Below, in pieces: positions 7,978 through 17,256 of a stretch of 52,827 bases of DNA. The stretch is from an uncultured Anaerolinea sp. GTDB taxonomy: Bacteria > Chloroflexota > Anaerolineae > Anaerolineales > Villigracilaceae. Positions within the stretch are counted from its first letter, which is position 1, and every line of letters begins with the position of its first letter. Location of the stretch: contig CAZNCT010000004.1 in assembly GCA_964571615.1 (NCBI GenBank), forward strand, positions 10,758 to 63,584, in the 5' to 3' direction. The notes beneath the pieces were generated by a model. The model had not been told where the DNA came from. It made no database searches and was given only the letters and a program-made list of their open reading frames with translations. The position numbers and the translations under genes were made by a program.

Positions 7978-8409
7978 CTACAGGTCAAAACGGTAAACGT
8001 TGGTCTCCCAGCGCTTAAAGCCCAGGCGCTGATACAGGCGGTTGGCGGCCTCGCGGCGAGGATTCGAGGTCAGCGCGAGGTAGTTGGCGCCAAGTTCACG
8101 CGCCAGGCGAATCACCTCCAGCGTCAGCGCCGCACCAAGCCCCTGTCCGCGGGCCGACTGATCGACGATGACATCTTCAAGGCGGGCATGAACACCTGTC
8201 GGAACCCGAATCAGGCTGAGGGTGGCCGCGCCGATAATCGGCCCATCCTCCACAAGACGCGCAATCAGCAGAATACTGCCTTCAAAGGCCACCAGCGCAT
8301 CCAAATCGGCCCGGGTTGGCGGGGGAACATTGGTTGTTAGTTGTGGTATCAGGCGCTGAAAGGCTTCAAAAATTTCATCGCTAACGGCGGTAACACGTGT
8401 GATTTGCAT
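7978..8409 (-). CDS. GNAT family N-acetyltransferase
   Basis: The acetyl-CoA binding motif is VDQSARGQGLGAAL. I prefer the ATG at 8409 (MQITRV) because it is preceded by GGAGAG. The track start at 8421 is a TTG. Confidence 0.85.
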   Translation of the reverse strand: MQITRVTAVSDEIFEAFQRLIPQLTTNVPPPTRADLDALVAFEGSILLIARLVEDGPIIGAATLSLIRVPTGVHARLEDVIVDQSARGQGLGAALTLEVIRLARELGANYLALTSNPRREAANRLYQRLGFKRWETNVYRFDL

Positions 8410-8582
8410 GAGACTCTCCAAAGATGTATTGAATGAGGCGGCCTTGGCAGGTATTTCCTGTTTCGTTGATAGGAAAGCGGGGCTATATTCAATCTGACTT
8501 TGTCAGGGTACAATTAACCAAATTTTAACAATATTTTAAGCCCGAGTTGCGCAGAATCGCACTGCTGCTGCATTGATAATAA

Positions 8583-8607
8583 GGTGTAATTTGTGCGAAT
8601 TTACACC
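8583..8607. promoter_or_regulatory. 25-bp near-perfect palindrome upstream of the response-regulator operon
   Basis: GGTGTAATTT-GTGCG-AATTTACACC, with 9 of 10 arm positions complementary. Confidence 0.35.
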
Positions 8608-8712
8608 CAAAGGTATACTATAAGGTTAGAAACTTCGGGCCATGAAGAATGATACGCAATTTGATAGGGTTTTCCACGTAGGCGGCCAAGGCTTTTCTCA
8701 CGAGGGGGGTTC

Positions 8713-9399
8713 GTGAAGAAAATCCGCGTATTGGTGGTAGAAGACCACAATGTGGTAAGAGAGGGGCTGGTGGCGATTTTGTCGTTCCAGTCCGATATCG
8801 AGGTGGTGGGGCAAGCCAGCAACGGCCTCGAGGCTGTGCAAATGCTGCACCAGACCAAACCACATGTGGTCTTATTAGACTTGGTTATGCCCAAGCATGA
8901 TGGTCTGGGGGCAATTCCGAAAATTAAACAAATTTTACCGGATACACAGATTCTCGTCCTCTCCGGTTTTGCAGAGGGCGATTTAATCTTTAACGCCATC
9001 AAAGCCGGGGCTATCGGCTATATGCTCAAAGACACCACCCGTGAGCAATTGTTCCAGGCCATTCGAGATGTCTCTGAGGGGCTGGCCTCACTGCCTCCAT
9101 CAACCGCCCTGCGTGTGATTCGTGAAATCAACAACCCGAAGCCAGTCGAAGACGTCACCGCCCGACTGACCCAGCGCGAACTCGATACGCTGCGGCTGAT
9201 TGGACGCGGTTACAGCAACCAGGAAATTTCGGCAGAACTGGTGGTCAATGACCGCACGGTAGCCAAGTATGTCAGCAGCATCCTTTCAAAACTGCACCTG
9301 GCAAACCGCACCCAGGCGGCCCTTTACGCACTGCGCGAAGGTTTGACCGAAGAGCCTGCGGCCAAATCCGCCAAAGACAAAGACAGTGGATGGGAGTAA
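8713..9399 (+). CDS. NarL/FixJ-family response regulator (REC plus LuxR-type HTH)
   Basis: The REC domain reads VLVVEDHNVVREGL...LLDLVMP. The C-terminal LuxR HTH reads LTQRELDTLRLIGRGYSNQEISAELVVNDRTVAKYVSSILSKL. The start codon is GTG. Confidence 0.9.
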   Translation: MKKIRVLVVEDHNVVREGLVAILSFQSDIEVVGQASNGLEAVQMLHQTKPHVVLLDLVMPKHDGLGAIPKIKQILPDTQILVLSGFAEGDLIFNAIKAGAIGYMLKDTTREQLFQAIRDVSEGLASLPPSTALRVIREINNPKPVEDVTARLTQRELDTLRLIGRGYSNQEISAELVVNDRTVAKYVSSILSKLHLANRTQAALYALREGLTEEPAAKSAKDKDSGWE

Positions 9400-9403
9400 C
9401 TGA

Positions 9404-9832
9404 ATGGAAAGCCCGGCCAATACCCTATTTGATGAAATTCGCCAGGCCGTGCGCTGGAACCGTCCTTCCATTCTGGTAGCGGTGACGGCCTCGGCGGCTC
9501 TCCGCAAGCAGGCTCAGCAAGCCCTGAGTGAGCGGCTCGAAACGCTTGGTCAGGCAATTGTGCCTTATGTGGTCACCCCGCAAACGTTTGATATTCCCCT
9601 GCAACTGGCGCGCCACCCACAAAGAGAGAAAGCCGTCTTTTTTGTCTCGCGGCTCAATCGCGGTGGCGGTACGCAGAACCATAACGCCTTTAAGGCCCTG
9701 AATATGCGGCGTGAACTGCTGGTCGATTACCCAACCCGGGTCATCTTCTGGCTTTCACCAGCTGAAGCAAAAGCACTGGCGCGCCTGTCGCCCGATTTTT
9801 GGGCCTTCAGGCATGCCAGCCTGGAATTTTGA
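9404..9832 (+). CDS. uncharacterised ~140-aa domain protein, paralogous to the N-terminus of the TPR protein at 14826
   Basis: 142-aa ORF wedged between the RR and the HK, with a 4-nt gap upstream and a 2-nt gap downstream. It shares LxDEIRxAxxWxxPSxLxA ... AF...EL.D.P..IF ... P.FW..R...F with 14826..17213. Confidence 0.7.
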   Translation: MESPANTLFDEIRQAVRWNRPSILVAVTASAALRKQAQQALSERLETLGQAIVPYVVTPQTFDIPLQLARHPQREKAVFFVSRLNRGGGTQNHNAFKALNMRRELLVDYPTRVIFWLSPAEAKALARLSPDFWAFRHASLEF

Positions 9833-9834
9833 GT

Positions 9835-11412
9835 ATGCCATCTCTTCTTCTCCCGACCCTGGCCGGGGTGGCTGGCCTGGCCATTCTTGCGGTCATTTTC
9901 TGGCTGATGCTGCGCACCCGAGGGCAGCCCCAAAAGCACTCGCAATTCAATCGCGCCAAGGCGATTGAAACGGTCAAAGTCGGCTGGATGGCACTTGACC
10001 GTGAAAACAAGATTGTTGACCTCAACCCTTTCATGGAAATTGTCCTGGGGCAAAACATCAACCAGTTGCTTGGCAAGCCCGCAGAGCAGGTTTTGAGCAA
10101 TTTCAACATCTTACGCGAGGGCAAAATCAGTACCCCCATTGCGGCGACCGCCAATTTTAATGGCTTCACTTATTCGTTTGAAGTTCACAGCCTGGACTAC
10201 CTGGACGAGAACGGACAGGTTGCGGGGCATTTGCTGCTCTGGCAGGATGTGACCGAAAAGAGAAAACTGGACGAAATGCGCTACCGCGCCTCGGCGGCGA
10301 AAATCAACCTGATGCGCTCGATTTCTTTTGCCGCCAGTCATATTACCGACCTGAAAATTTTCCTGGAGGCCTCGCTCTTTCAGATTGTCTCCAGTTACGG
10401 CGGCCTGGCCGGTTTTATTGTTACGCGAAATTCGGAGTTTTTGGGCGACACGAGAGCGCCTTTCAAGATAGATGCCGCCTACAGTTACACCGATGCGCTT
10501 GATGAAACCCGCATTTTGAGAAACCTGGGGCGCTCTTTTTTCTCGCTAGGCCCCGAAAGCCGCAACATTCAAACCATCCCCCTGCGCTCCGATGAAATTG
10601 TGATTGAGCGCGGGCATGCGCCCATCGATGGGGCTTTGCTGATTTGCCCCATTTTGATTGATGAGCATCTGCAAGGTGTGATTGGCATTTACCGTGACAA
10701 CCAGCAACCTTTCAGCCGCGATGAAATCAACAGCCTCGATATGATTGCCAACGAACTGGCAATGCTCATCTATGTTGACCATCAGCGCCGCCAGGCTTTG
10801 TCTTTTTCAGAACGCAAAAAACTGGTGCGCGACCTGCACGATACCGTCACCCAGCAGATTTATGGATTGCTCTACCAGGTTGAGATTGCTCAGGCACAGG
10901 CCGAGCGGGAGAAGTTTGAAGAACTGCCCGCCTCGCTGGTCAAAATTGGCGATTCGGCCCGTCAGGCCTTGCGCGAAATGCGCCTTTTTATGCATGAATT
11001 ACAGCCGGTGGATTTGAAAGAAGAGGGATTGGTCTCAGCCCTGCACCGCCGCCTGACCTCGGTGGAGGGCCGCGCTAACCTGCAAATGCGCTTTATTGCG
11101 CCTGATTCATTACAACTCTCAAACCAGCAAGAATTGGTTCTGTATCAAATTGCGCGCGAGGCGCTCAACAATGTTTTGCGGCACTCACGGGCCAGGCATG
11201 TGACTGTGAACCTGAAACAAGGACGGCGCCTTACCTGCCTGGAAGTGCACGATGATGGCATCGGATTTGACACCGGCGCGCTATCTGACTCTGGGGGAAT
11301 GGGCGTAAAAAATATGCGCGAATGGGCACGTCAGGGGCATGCCCGGTTGCGCATTCGGTCAGGCCCTGGGAAGGGTACAATCATCAAGGTACTGGTGCCG
11401 CACCAGCCATAA
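9835..11412 (+). CDS. sensor histidine kinase (TM, PAS, GAF, HisKA_3, HATPase_c)
   Basis: Start at ATG 9835 (MPSLLLPTLAGVAGLAILAV), immediately after the upstream stop. The HisKA_3 H-box is LVRDLHDTVTQQIYGL. The ATPase region contains ...REALNNVLRHS...DDGIGF...GGMGVKNM. Confidence 0.88.
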   Translation: MPSLLLPTLAGVAGLAILAVIFWLMLRTRGQPQKHSQFNRAKAIETVKVGWMALDRENKIVDLNPFMEIVLGQNINQLLGKPAEQVLSNFNILREGKISTPIAATANFNGFTYSFEVHSLDYLDENGQVAGHLLLWQDVTEKRKLDEMRYRASAAKINLMRSISFAASHITDLKIFLEASLFQIVSSYGGLAGFIVTRNSEFLGDTRAPFKIDAAYSYTDALDETRILRNLGRSFFSLGPESRNIQTIPLRSDEIVIERGHAPIDGALLICPILIDEHLQGVIGIYRDNQQPFSRDEINSLDMIANELAMLIYVDHQRRQALSFSERKKLVRDLHDTVTQQIYGLLYQVEIAQAQAEREKFEELPASLVKIGDSARQALREMRLFMHELQPVDLKEEGLVSALHRRLTSVEGRANLQMRFIAPDSLQLSNQQELVLYQIAREALNNVLRHSRARHVTVNLKQGRRLTCLEVHDDGIGFDTGALSDSGGMGVKNMREWARQGHARLRIRSGPGKGTIIKVLVPHQP

Positions 11413-11432
11413 TTGCATCTACAAACAAAGGT

Positions 11433-11473
11433 AAAAAAAACACCATCAGAGTGCATCTTGATGGTATTTTTTT
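11433..11473 (+). terminator. intrinsic terminator after the kinase gene
   Basis: A-run, stem ACCATCA/TGATGGT, then TATTTTTTT. Confidence 0.7.
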
Positions 11474-11947
11474 ATCCATTTTCGGGGTCAAAAACAGGCA
11501 TTTTTATACCCATTTTGTGACCAATTATGGGGCACAAACAGGCTTTTACTGCCCTATTTCTGCCCGCAAATTAGGCCACATTAAGGCAAAAAACTGTCAC
11601 TTAAGCGAAAAAGATTGTCTCTTTTTGCCCACAATCTGACCCCAAAAATTCGCAAAAACAATCCAATAAGCGCATCAATTCCAGCGCCAAAAAGCGCAAA
11701 TCTTACGCAAAATCATGCTCTTTTTCACCGCCATAAACGCACATTTCACCGCCCCAAAACCCTATTCCTGTCACCCCAAAATAGCGTCAGAACAGCAGGC
11801 AAAAACGCAGAAATGCCATACTAATTCAGCCACTAAAACCAAGAAAAATCAACCCAAATTGCCATACTTCCTTCATTATGCGCAATTTATAACAAAGAGA
11901 TAATCTGAGCAACATTACATTTCCATCTCAGCACGGGGTTTCCAGCC

Positions 11948-12376
11948 ATGTTACTTGGACGTCACCTGATCACCATCAACAAAAGAAAGGCATTCAGGAT
12001 GCCCGACATCCTGAGCCCGGGATTGTATTACCTGACCCAGGGCTTTGAGCAAAACCTGCTGCTGGTCTCAGAAGACAACTTCAGAGCACTGGCAAGAGAT
12101 TTCAGCCGCCTGAGTCTGACCGACCCATTGAGCCGCTTGCTCTCGCGCCTGGTACTTGGCAATGCCGCGCAGGTGCGCATCGAAGAAAACCTGAGCATTC
12201 AGATTCCTGAGCGCCTGCTGGAATTTGCCCAGATTTCTAGAGAAATGTTGCTGGTTGGACAAGGCAGTTACTTTGAAATCTGGTCACCCGAACTCTGGCA
12301 GGAACAGGAACAACGCCTGCGCGAAACCCACCTGAACGCCGACCGTTTCCACTCGATACAAATCAGCCTGGCCTGA
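11948..12376 (+). CDS. mraZ: divergent MraZ-like (UPF0040, SpoVT/AbrB-type) transcriptional regulator
   Basis: 142 aa. The segment LLSRLVLGNAAQVRIEENLSIQIPERLLEFAQISREMLLVGQGSYFEIWSPELW aligns with the second half of MraZ (E. coli [51 protein letters not shown], recalled from memory). Both DxxxR motifs are degenerate. Confidence 0.65.
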   Translation: MLLGRHLITINKRKAFRMPDILSPGLYYLTQGFEQNLLLVSEDNFRALARDFSRLSLTDPLSRLLSRLVLGNAAQVRIEENLSIQIPERLLEFAQISREMLLVGQGSYFEIWSPELWQEQEQRLRETHLNADRFHSIQISLA

Positions 12377-12411
12377 ACTAAACACAGCATTCGTCACAGA
12401 GGAGACCTGAA

Positions 12412-13572
12412 ATGACCGTTATTGGCATCGATATTTCAAAATGGAACGGCGATTGGGACGCCAAAAAGGCCCGGGCGGCTGGGGCGCACTTTGTCTTTAT
12501 CAAATCTTCGCAGGCGACCTTCACCGACCCGCGCTTCCTTGCCAACTGGCGCAAAGCGCGTGAAGCCGGGTTACTGCGGGGCGCCTATCACTATCTTGAT
12601 TACACCCAATCGGGCGTAGACCAGGCCCGTTACTGCCTGAGCCTGCTGGAAGACGACCCCGGCGAATTGCCGATGGTTGTAGATTTTGAACATCCACGCG
12701 AAGATAACAATGCAGCCGCCGCCCGCTCGTACCTGAAGCAGTTTGTAGAATACGCGCTCGAACAAGGTCAGACGCCAATAATTTACACATCTCCCGCGTT
12801 CTGGAAATCATACGGTGACCTTTCGACGTACTGGTATCAGTTCCCCCTCTGGATTGCCCACTACACCGTTGCCTCTGCGCCCATCGTCCCGCCGCCGTGG
12901 CTGTCGTGGAAATTCTGGCAATTCTCCAAAAAAGGCCCGGGGCAATTGTTCGGCAGTGAAGCCCTCGACCTGGATGTTAACCGCTTCAACGGCAGTCTCG
13001 AAGAGTTGTACGAACTTGCCAGGCGAAAACCTGATACTGGCACCAGCCTCGGAGAGCGCCTGGTGGCTCTCGAAACGCGCCTGGCCTCGCTGGAAAAAGC
13101 CTTACAGCAGGCCGGTCTGGCAGATACGCCGCCAATTGAAAATACAGATAACGCCGAAGGAGAGCCAGAACCAGAACCGGAAGAGGATTTGAAACAGGCA
13201 ATTGTCATTCAAGACGATACCCCGGTTTACCTGGGGCCCTTTACCGTGCTCAGCGCTGTAGCGCGGCTGAAGCGCAACACACCAGTCGAAATCATTGACA
13301 GCCAATCGGGCTGGTCGAAAATCAAGTCTCCGGCAGGCTGGGTTGAAAATCAGGCCTTGAAAATAGCCGCAGAGACACCCGAAGAAAACGAGGGTTATCT
13401 GGTCTGTCGGGTCAGCGCCCTGAACGTGCGCGCCGGGCCGGGCAGCGCGTTTCCGGTGATTGGCTGGCTGCAAAAAGGCCAACGTGTCAGGGTGCTTGAA
13501 CGCAGTAACGGCTGGGCACAGCTCCAATCGCCTGCCGGTTGGAGCATGGAAACTTATCTCGGACCTCTGTAA
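12412..13572 (+). CDS. GH25 muramidase (lysozyme) with two C-terminal SH3b-like domains
   Basis: The N-terminus GIDISKWNGDWDAKKARAAGAHFVFIKSSQ...DFE... is GH25-like. An acidic linker follows. The two repeats read GWSKIKSPAGWVENQAL and GWAQLQSPAGWSMETYL. SD GAGGAG lies upstream. Confidence 0.85.
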   Translation: MTVIGIDISKWNGDWDAKKARAAGAHFVFIKSSQATFTDPRFLANWRKAREAGLLRGAYHYLDYTQSGVDQARYCLSLLEDDPGELPMVVDFEHPREDNNAAAARSYLKQFVEYALEQGQTPIIYTSPAFWKSYGDLSTYWYQFPLWIAHYTVASAPIVPPPWLSWKFWQFSKKGPGQLFGSEALDLDVNRFNGSLEELYELARRKPDTGTSLGERLVALETRLASLEKALQQAGLADTPPIENTDNAEGEPEPEPEEDLKQAIVIQDDTPVYLGPFTVLSAVARLKRNTPVEIIDSQSGWSKIKSPAGWVENQALKIAAETPEENEGYLVCRVSALNVRAGPGSAFPVIGWLQKGQRVRVLERSNGWAQLQSPAGWSMETYLGPL

Positions 13573-13579
13573 GGCGAGT

Positions 13580-14848
13580 ATGGAATTTATTACCGCTGTT
13601 GACTTCGACCGCGCCTGGTTGAATTTTGAACTCGACCTGCCCCTGCCCGCCGGAAAAAACGGCGAACCCAACCCGTTTTATGTGAACCGGCCCGGCAACC
13701 CCATCTCAGACCTGACCGATGCCCTGATGGCGCCGCTTTATCGCCCGCCCAAGTTCTATTTTTCGGGGCATCGTGGCTGCGGCAAATCTACCGAGCTGTT
13801 ACACATTATGGCCTCCAGCCAGATACGCAGCAAATACTGGCCGATTAATTTCAGCATCCGCGAAGAGGCCGACATCATTGACCTCGATTTTCTCGATATT
13901 CTGCTGGCCATTGGCGGGCGCATGTATCGCGCTTACCGCAAACGCGGCGGCGACTTGCCTGAAAAACTGCTCAAAGACCTCGACGGCTGGAAAGGCAAGG
14001 TGGAGCAGGAAATTCGCACAGTGCTGGTCGGTCAGGTAAACGGCTACGAGTTGGGCGCCTCGATTGATGCGTTTTTCTTCAATGCCGGGCTAAAAATGAA
14101 ACTGGAACCGGCCACGCGCATCGAGTTGCGCCAGGTGATTGAGAAAGACATTACCGGCCTGATTGGCGTCATCAACAGCATTGCGGCGGCCATTTATGCC
14201 CGCGAAAAACGCATCCCGCTGATTCTGATTGATGACCTCGACAAGCCCGACCTGGAAATTGCGCGTTCCATCTTCCATGACCGGCGCGAAATCATGATGC
14301 AGCCCAACTGTGCAATTGTCTACACCGTTTCGAGCGCCTTGTTTTACAGCAAAGAATTTGATGCCATTCGAGACCAGGCTATTTTTTTGCCCAACATCAA
14401 CCTGCACAGGCCGCTTTCGCCCGAAAGCCACGATGAAGAAGGCTACGCCACCATGCGCCAGTTTGTCCGCAGCCGCATGGCCGCCCACCTGATTGAACGC
14501 CAGGCACTCGATGCAGCCATCTCTTATAGCGGCGGCGTTTTTCGTGAAATGGCGCGCATTATGCGCACCACGCTGGGGCGCGCGCGCCGCCGGGGTGCCC
14601 GGCAAATTGAACAGGAAGACGTAGAAATGGCGGCTACCGAAATCCGCAATGAATACCGCCGCATTCTGGATAAAAATGACCTGAACTTCTTACGCAAAGT
14701 CCACGAGCACAACCGGCTCGAGTACAACGACAGGCTGCGGCCGCTGATGCAATTACTGGCCATCCTGGAATATCGAAACGGCGATAACTGGTGTGACATT
14801 CACCCCGTATTGAGGAGATTAATCTATGACCAGCGAGACCATCCTTGA
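13580..14848 (+). CDS. P-loop NTPase, ORC/Cdc6- or STAND-like AAA ATPase with a C-terminal winged-helix-like region
   Basis: Start at ATG 13580, 8 nt after the lysozyme stop. Walker A is GHRGCGKST and Walker B is LILIDDLDK. The C-terminus reads ...LLAILEYRNGDNWCDIHPVLRRL. Confidence 0.7.
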   Translation: MEFITAVDFDRAWLNFELDLPLPAGKNGEPNPFYVNRPGNPISDLTDALMAPLYRPPKFYFSGHRGCGKSTELLHIMASSQIRSKYWPINFSIREEADIIDLDFLDILLAIGGRMYRAYRKRGGDLPEKLLKDLDGWKGKVEQEIRTVLVGQVNGYELGASIDAFFFNAGLKMKLEPATRIELRQVIEKDITGLIGVINSIAAAIYAREKRIPLILIDDLDKPDLEIARSIFHDRREIMMQPNCAIVYTVSSALFYSKEFDAIRDQAIFLPNINLHRPLSPESHDEEGYATMRQFVRSRMAAHLIERQALDAAISYSGGVFREMARIMRTTLGRARRRGARQIEQEDVEMAATEIRNEYRRILDKNDLNFLRKVHEHNRLEYNDRLRPLMQLLAILEYRNGDNWCDIHPVLRRLIYDQRDHP

Positions 14849-17213
14849 AACCATGCCCCATTACCCTTCCGTTGAAGACGGCATTGCCGCACTTCTGGAT
14901 GAAATCAGACTGGCAATGCAATGGCGCAAGCCCGCTTCGCTGATAGCCATTCACCGTCAGCCCGGTACCCAAAGCCGCGCCATCGAAGCGCTCACCCAGG
15001 CCCTGGCCAAAGATGGCGCCAGGCTTTACGTCCTGAACGCAAATGAAATTACCCTCGATGAATTTTTGCAAATGACCCGCCAAAACAACGAGCCAGAGCC
15101 AAAAGTTTACCTTATCGAAAATGTCATGGCGCACGATAGCCCAGGGGCATCCCAAACCTGGTTAGCATTTGGCGCACACCAGGAAGAATTAGACCACCAA
15201 CCCGCCCAAATCATTTTCTCGATGGGTGAGCAGAATCTGGTCAAACTGGTGCGCGATTTTCCAGCCTTTTGGGAAAACCGCTACCGGGTGATTGACTTTA
15301 CCGGCGCAAGCGAGGAGACTCTCGCGCACGAGCCCACCACAACCGCAAATGCCCCCGACAGCGAAGATCTGGGCGCCGCCCTGACCCGCGAGGCGCGCGA
15401 AAATCTGATGAGCGGCGTGCTGGAATGGAAAAATCACGACCTTGAGAGCGCCTGCCAGTATTTACAGAATGCTGTCGAACTGGCCGAAGTCGCCTCAGAT
15501 GCGAACCTGCAAATAGAGTGCTACACAGCCCTGGCCCTGGCGCTGATGGAGAAAGACGCCACCACCGAAGCGATTGATGCCTACCAGAAAATCGTTGAAC
15601 TCAACCCGGCCTCGGCCCTGCCCTGGAACAACCTGGGGAATCTGTATTTGCGCCTGCGGCATTACGAGCAAGCCGAACACGCCTTCCGCCAGGCGCTTGA
15701 ACACAACCCGACCAACCCGGTCAGTTGGGCCGGGCTGGCAGACCTGCGAACGCAAACAGGCCGGCATCGTGAAGCCATCCGGGCCTATCAGAAAGCCTTA
15801 CAATCCGCGCCCGAATACAAAGAAGCCTGGTTTGGGCTGGCGCTAACCCTTGAAGCCCTCGGGCATCCCGCAAAAGCCACCAAGGCCTATAAAATGGTTC
15901 TTCAAAAAGACCCGGCCTACGTTGAAGCCTGGCTGCGGCTTGCACGGCTGTACCACCGCAAGCACAAAGTTCAAGACGCGCTCGGCATTTTGCACAAAGC
16001 GCTCGAATATTCGGCACACTCGTTTGAACTGTGGGCCGAGTTGGGCCGCCTGGCCGAAGGCCAGGACAAAGCACTGGCCGCAGAAGCCTACAAAAAAGCC
16101 CTGGCAATTAACCCGCGCCACGGAAAAACTTACTGCCTGCTGGCCCGTGTCCACAAGGAGATGGGCAATAACCTGGATGCCATCAACTGCTACGAGATTG
16201 GGATTAATTTCCTCGAGGAAGACCACGAACGGGCTGCCGCCTGGGGAGATTTGCTCAGCCTGCTGGCCGAAAGTGTTCCGCCCGTTGCCGCCGCACCCGA
16301 ACCCGAAGTGCTGGCCGAGGCCGCGCTGGAACGCATCGAAATCCAGGCGGATCCAACCCCGACCTTGACGCCCGCTGAGGCCCCAGAATGGCTGGAGATC
16401 CCCGAAACAACCGGCACCCCGGCCCCGCTCATCCAACCCATCCAGCCGCTCAATTTTGAAGCCGAAAAGGAAGACCTGCGCCCTGGTGAAACGCCCATTG
16501 CAGTCCTTGAAAACCTGCCCGAGCTGTTTGAGAATGAACCGCTTTCGGCCCCGGCCTGGTTCACAAACCCGCAGCGCCTTGAACAGGAACTGCGCTATGT
16601 ATCCATGCTGCGAACGGCCCGTTCACGACACGAGCAAATCAAACTGCTCTCTGATGCACTGCTCGAAAGCCCACGAGCCGAATTCTGGCAGCCGCGCAAA
16701 AAAGTCCGCCAGGGAGTGGCCCGCAAAACCGAAGAATTCGCCCAGCCCGCTGCACTGCCCGAAAGCGGCCCGGCAGACCAGCCTGTCCTGTATCAGGCCG
16801 AGGAACTGGAACTGGACGACTTTCTGCCGCGCGTTGAGCATGAAAAAGAATCCCGGGCCTGGATACGCCAGGGAAAACGCCTGCTCAAACAAGGGTTATA
16901 CGATGACGCCCTCTCGGCTTTTACGGCGGCCATTCAGGCTGCGCCCAGCCTGGGAGAACCCTACATCAACCTGGGCGTGACCTACTTCCTGAAGAGCAAG
17001 TATGAGCAAGCCATCATCCAGTTCTACAAGGGCATTGAGCTGACCCGCGACCTGGAGCAAAAATCGCTGGCCTGGAACTATATCGGTGACGCCTACCGGC
17101 GGCTGCATGACCGCGACAATGCACTGCGCGCGTACCAGAAAGTCTCCGAGCTCAACCGCAGTGCTAACCCGCTCAGACAGCGGGCCAGACAAGTGCTGGC
17201 CTTTGGCAACTAA
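14826..17213 (+). CDS. TPR-repeat protein with an N-terminal uncharacterised domain paralogous to 9404..9832
   Basis: 795 aa. GAGGAG lies 8 nt upstream of ATG 14826, which overlaps the ATPase stop by 23 nt. There are about 8 TPRs in residues ~200-470 and more at the C-terminus (YINLGVTYFLKSKYEQAI..), separated by an acidic/proline-rich spacer. Confidence 0.8.
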   Translation: MTSETILETMPHYPSVEDGIAALLDEIRLAMQWRKPASLIAIHRQPGTQSRAIEALTQALAKDGARLYVLNANEITLDEFLQMTRQNNEPEPKVYLIENVMAHDSPGASQTWLAFGAHQEELDHQPAQIIFSMGEQNLVKLVRDFPAFWENRYRVIDFTGASEETLAHEPTTTANAPDSEDLGAALTREARENLMSGVLEWKNHDLESACQYLQNAVELAEVASDANLQIECYTALALALMEKDATTEAIDAYQKIVELNPASALPWNNLGNLYLRLRHYEQAEHAFRQALEHNPTNPVSWAGLADLRTQTGRHREAIRAYQKALQSAPEYKEAWFGLALTLEALGHPAKATKAYKMVLQKDPAYVEAWLRLARLYHRKHKVQDALGILHKALEYSAHSFELWAELGRLAEGQDKALAAEAYKKALAINPRHGKTYCLLARVHKEMGNNLDAINCYEIGINFLEEDHERAAAWGDLLSLLAESVPPVAAAPEPEVLAEAALERIEIQADPTPTLTPAEAPEWLEIPETTGTPAPLIQPIQPLNFEAEKEDLRPGETPIAVLENLPELFENEPLSAPAWFTNPQRLEQELRYVSMLRTARSRHEQIKLLSDALLESPRAEFWQPRKKVRQGVARKTEEFAQPAALPESGPADQPVLYQAEELELDDFLPRVEHEKESRAWIRQGKRLLKQGLYDDALSAFTAAIQAAPSLGEPYINLGVTYFLKSKYEQAIIQFYKGIELTRDLEQKSLAWNYIGDAYRRLHDRDNALRAYQKVSELNRSANPLRQRARQVLAFGN

Positions 17214-17256
17214 TCCGCCCGGCACAACCTTACCCTCGAGGACAGGCAGGCAAAAT

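Noticed and set aside
11472-11900. I considered an origin of replication (DnaA boxes), a CRISPR leader/array or a decayed mobile element in the 535-bp spacer. I also examined the small ORFs 11322..11639, 11615..11824 and 11715..11903.
   Set aside because: There is only one weak DnaA-box-like word (TTATCCATT). There are no regularly spaced repeats of CRISPR size and no terminal inverted repeats. The ORFs are low-complexity (K/P/H/T-rich) and lack an SD.
13460-13579. Upstream extensions of track ORFs (13460, 17086, 37110, 38065, 42816, 45021, 48684, 5218, 586, 9799, 34907).
   Set aside because: Each extension overlaps the preceding gene or a terminator or regulatory hairpin. An internal ATG with an SD or a -10 hexamer gives a family-typical N-terminus.
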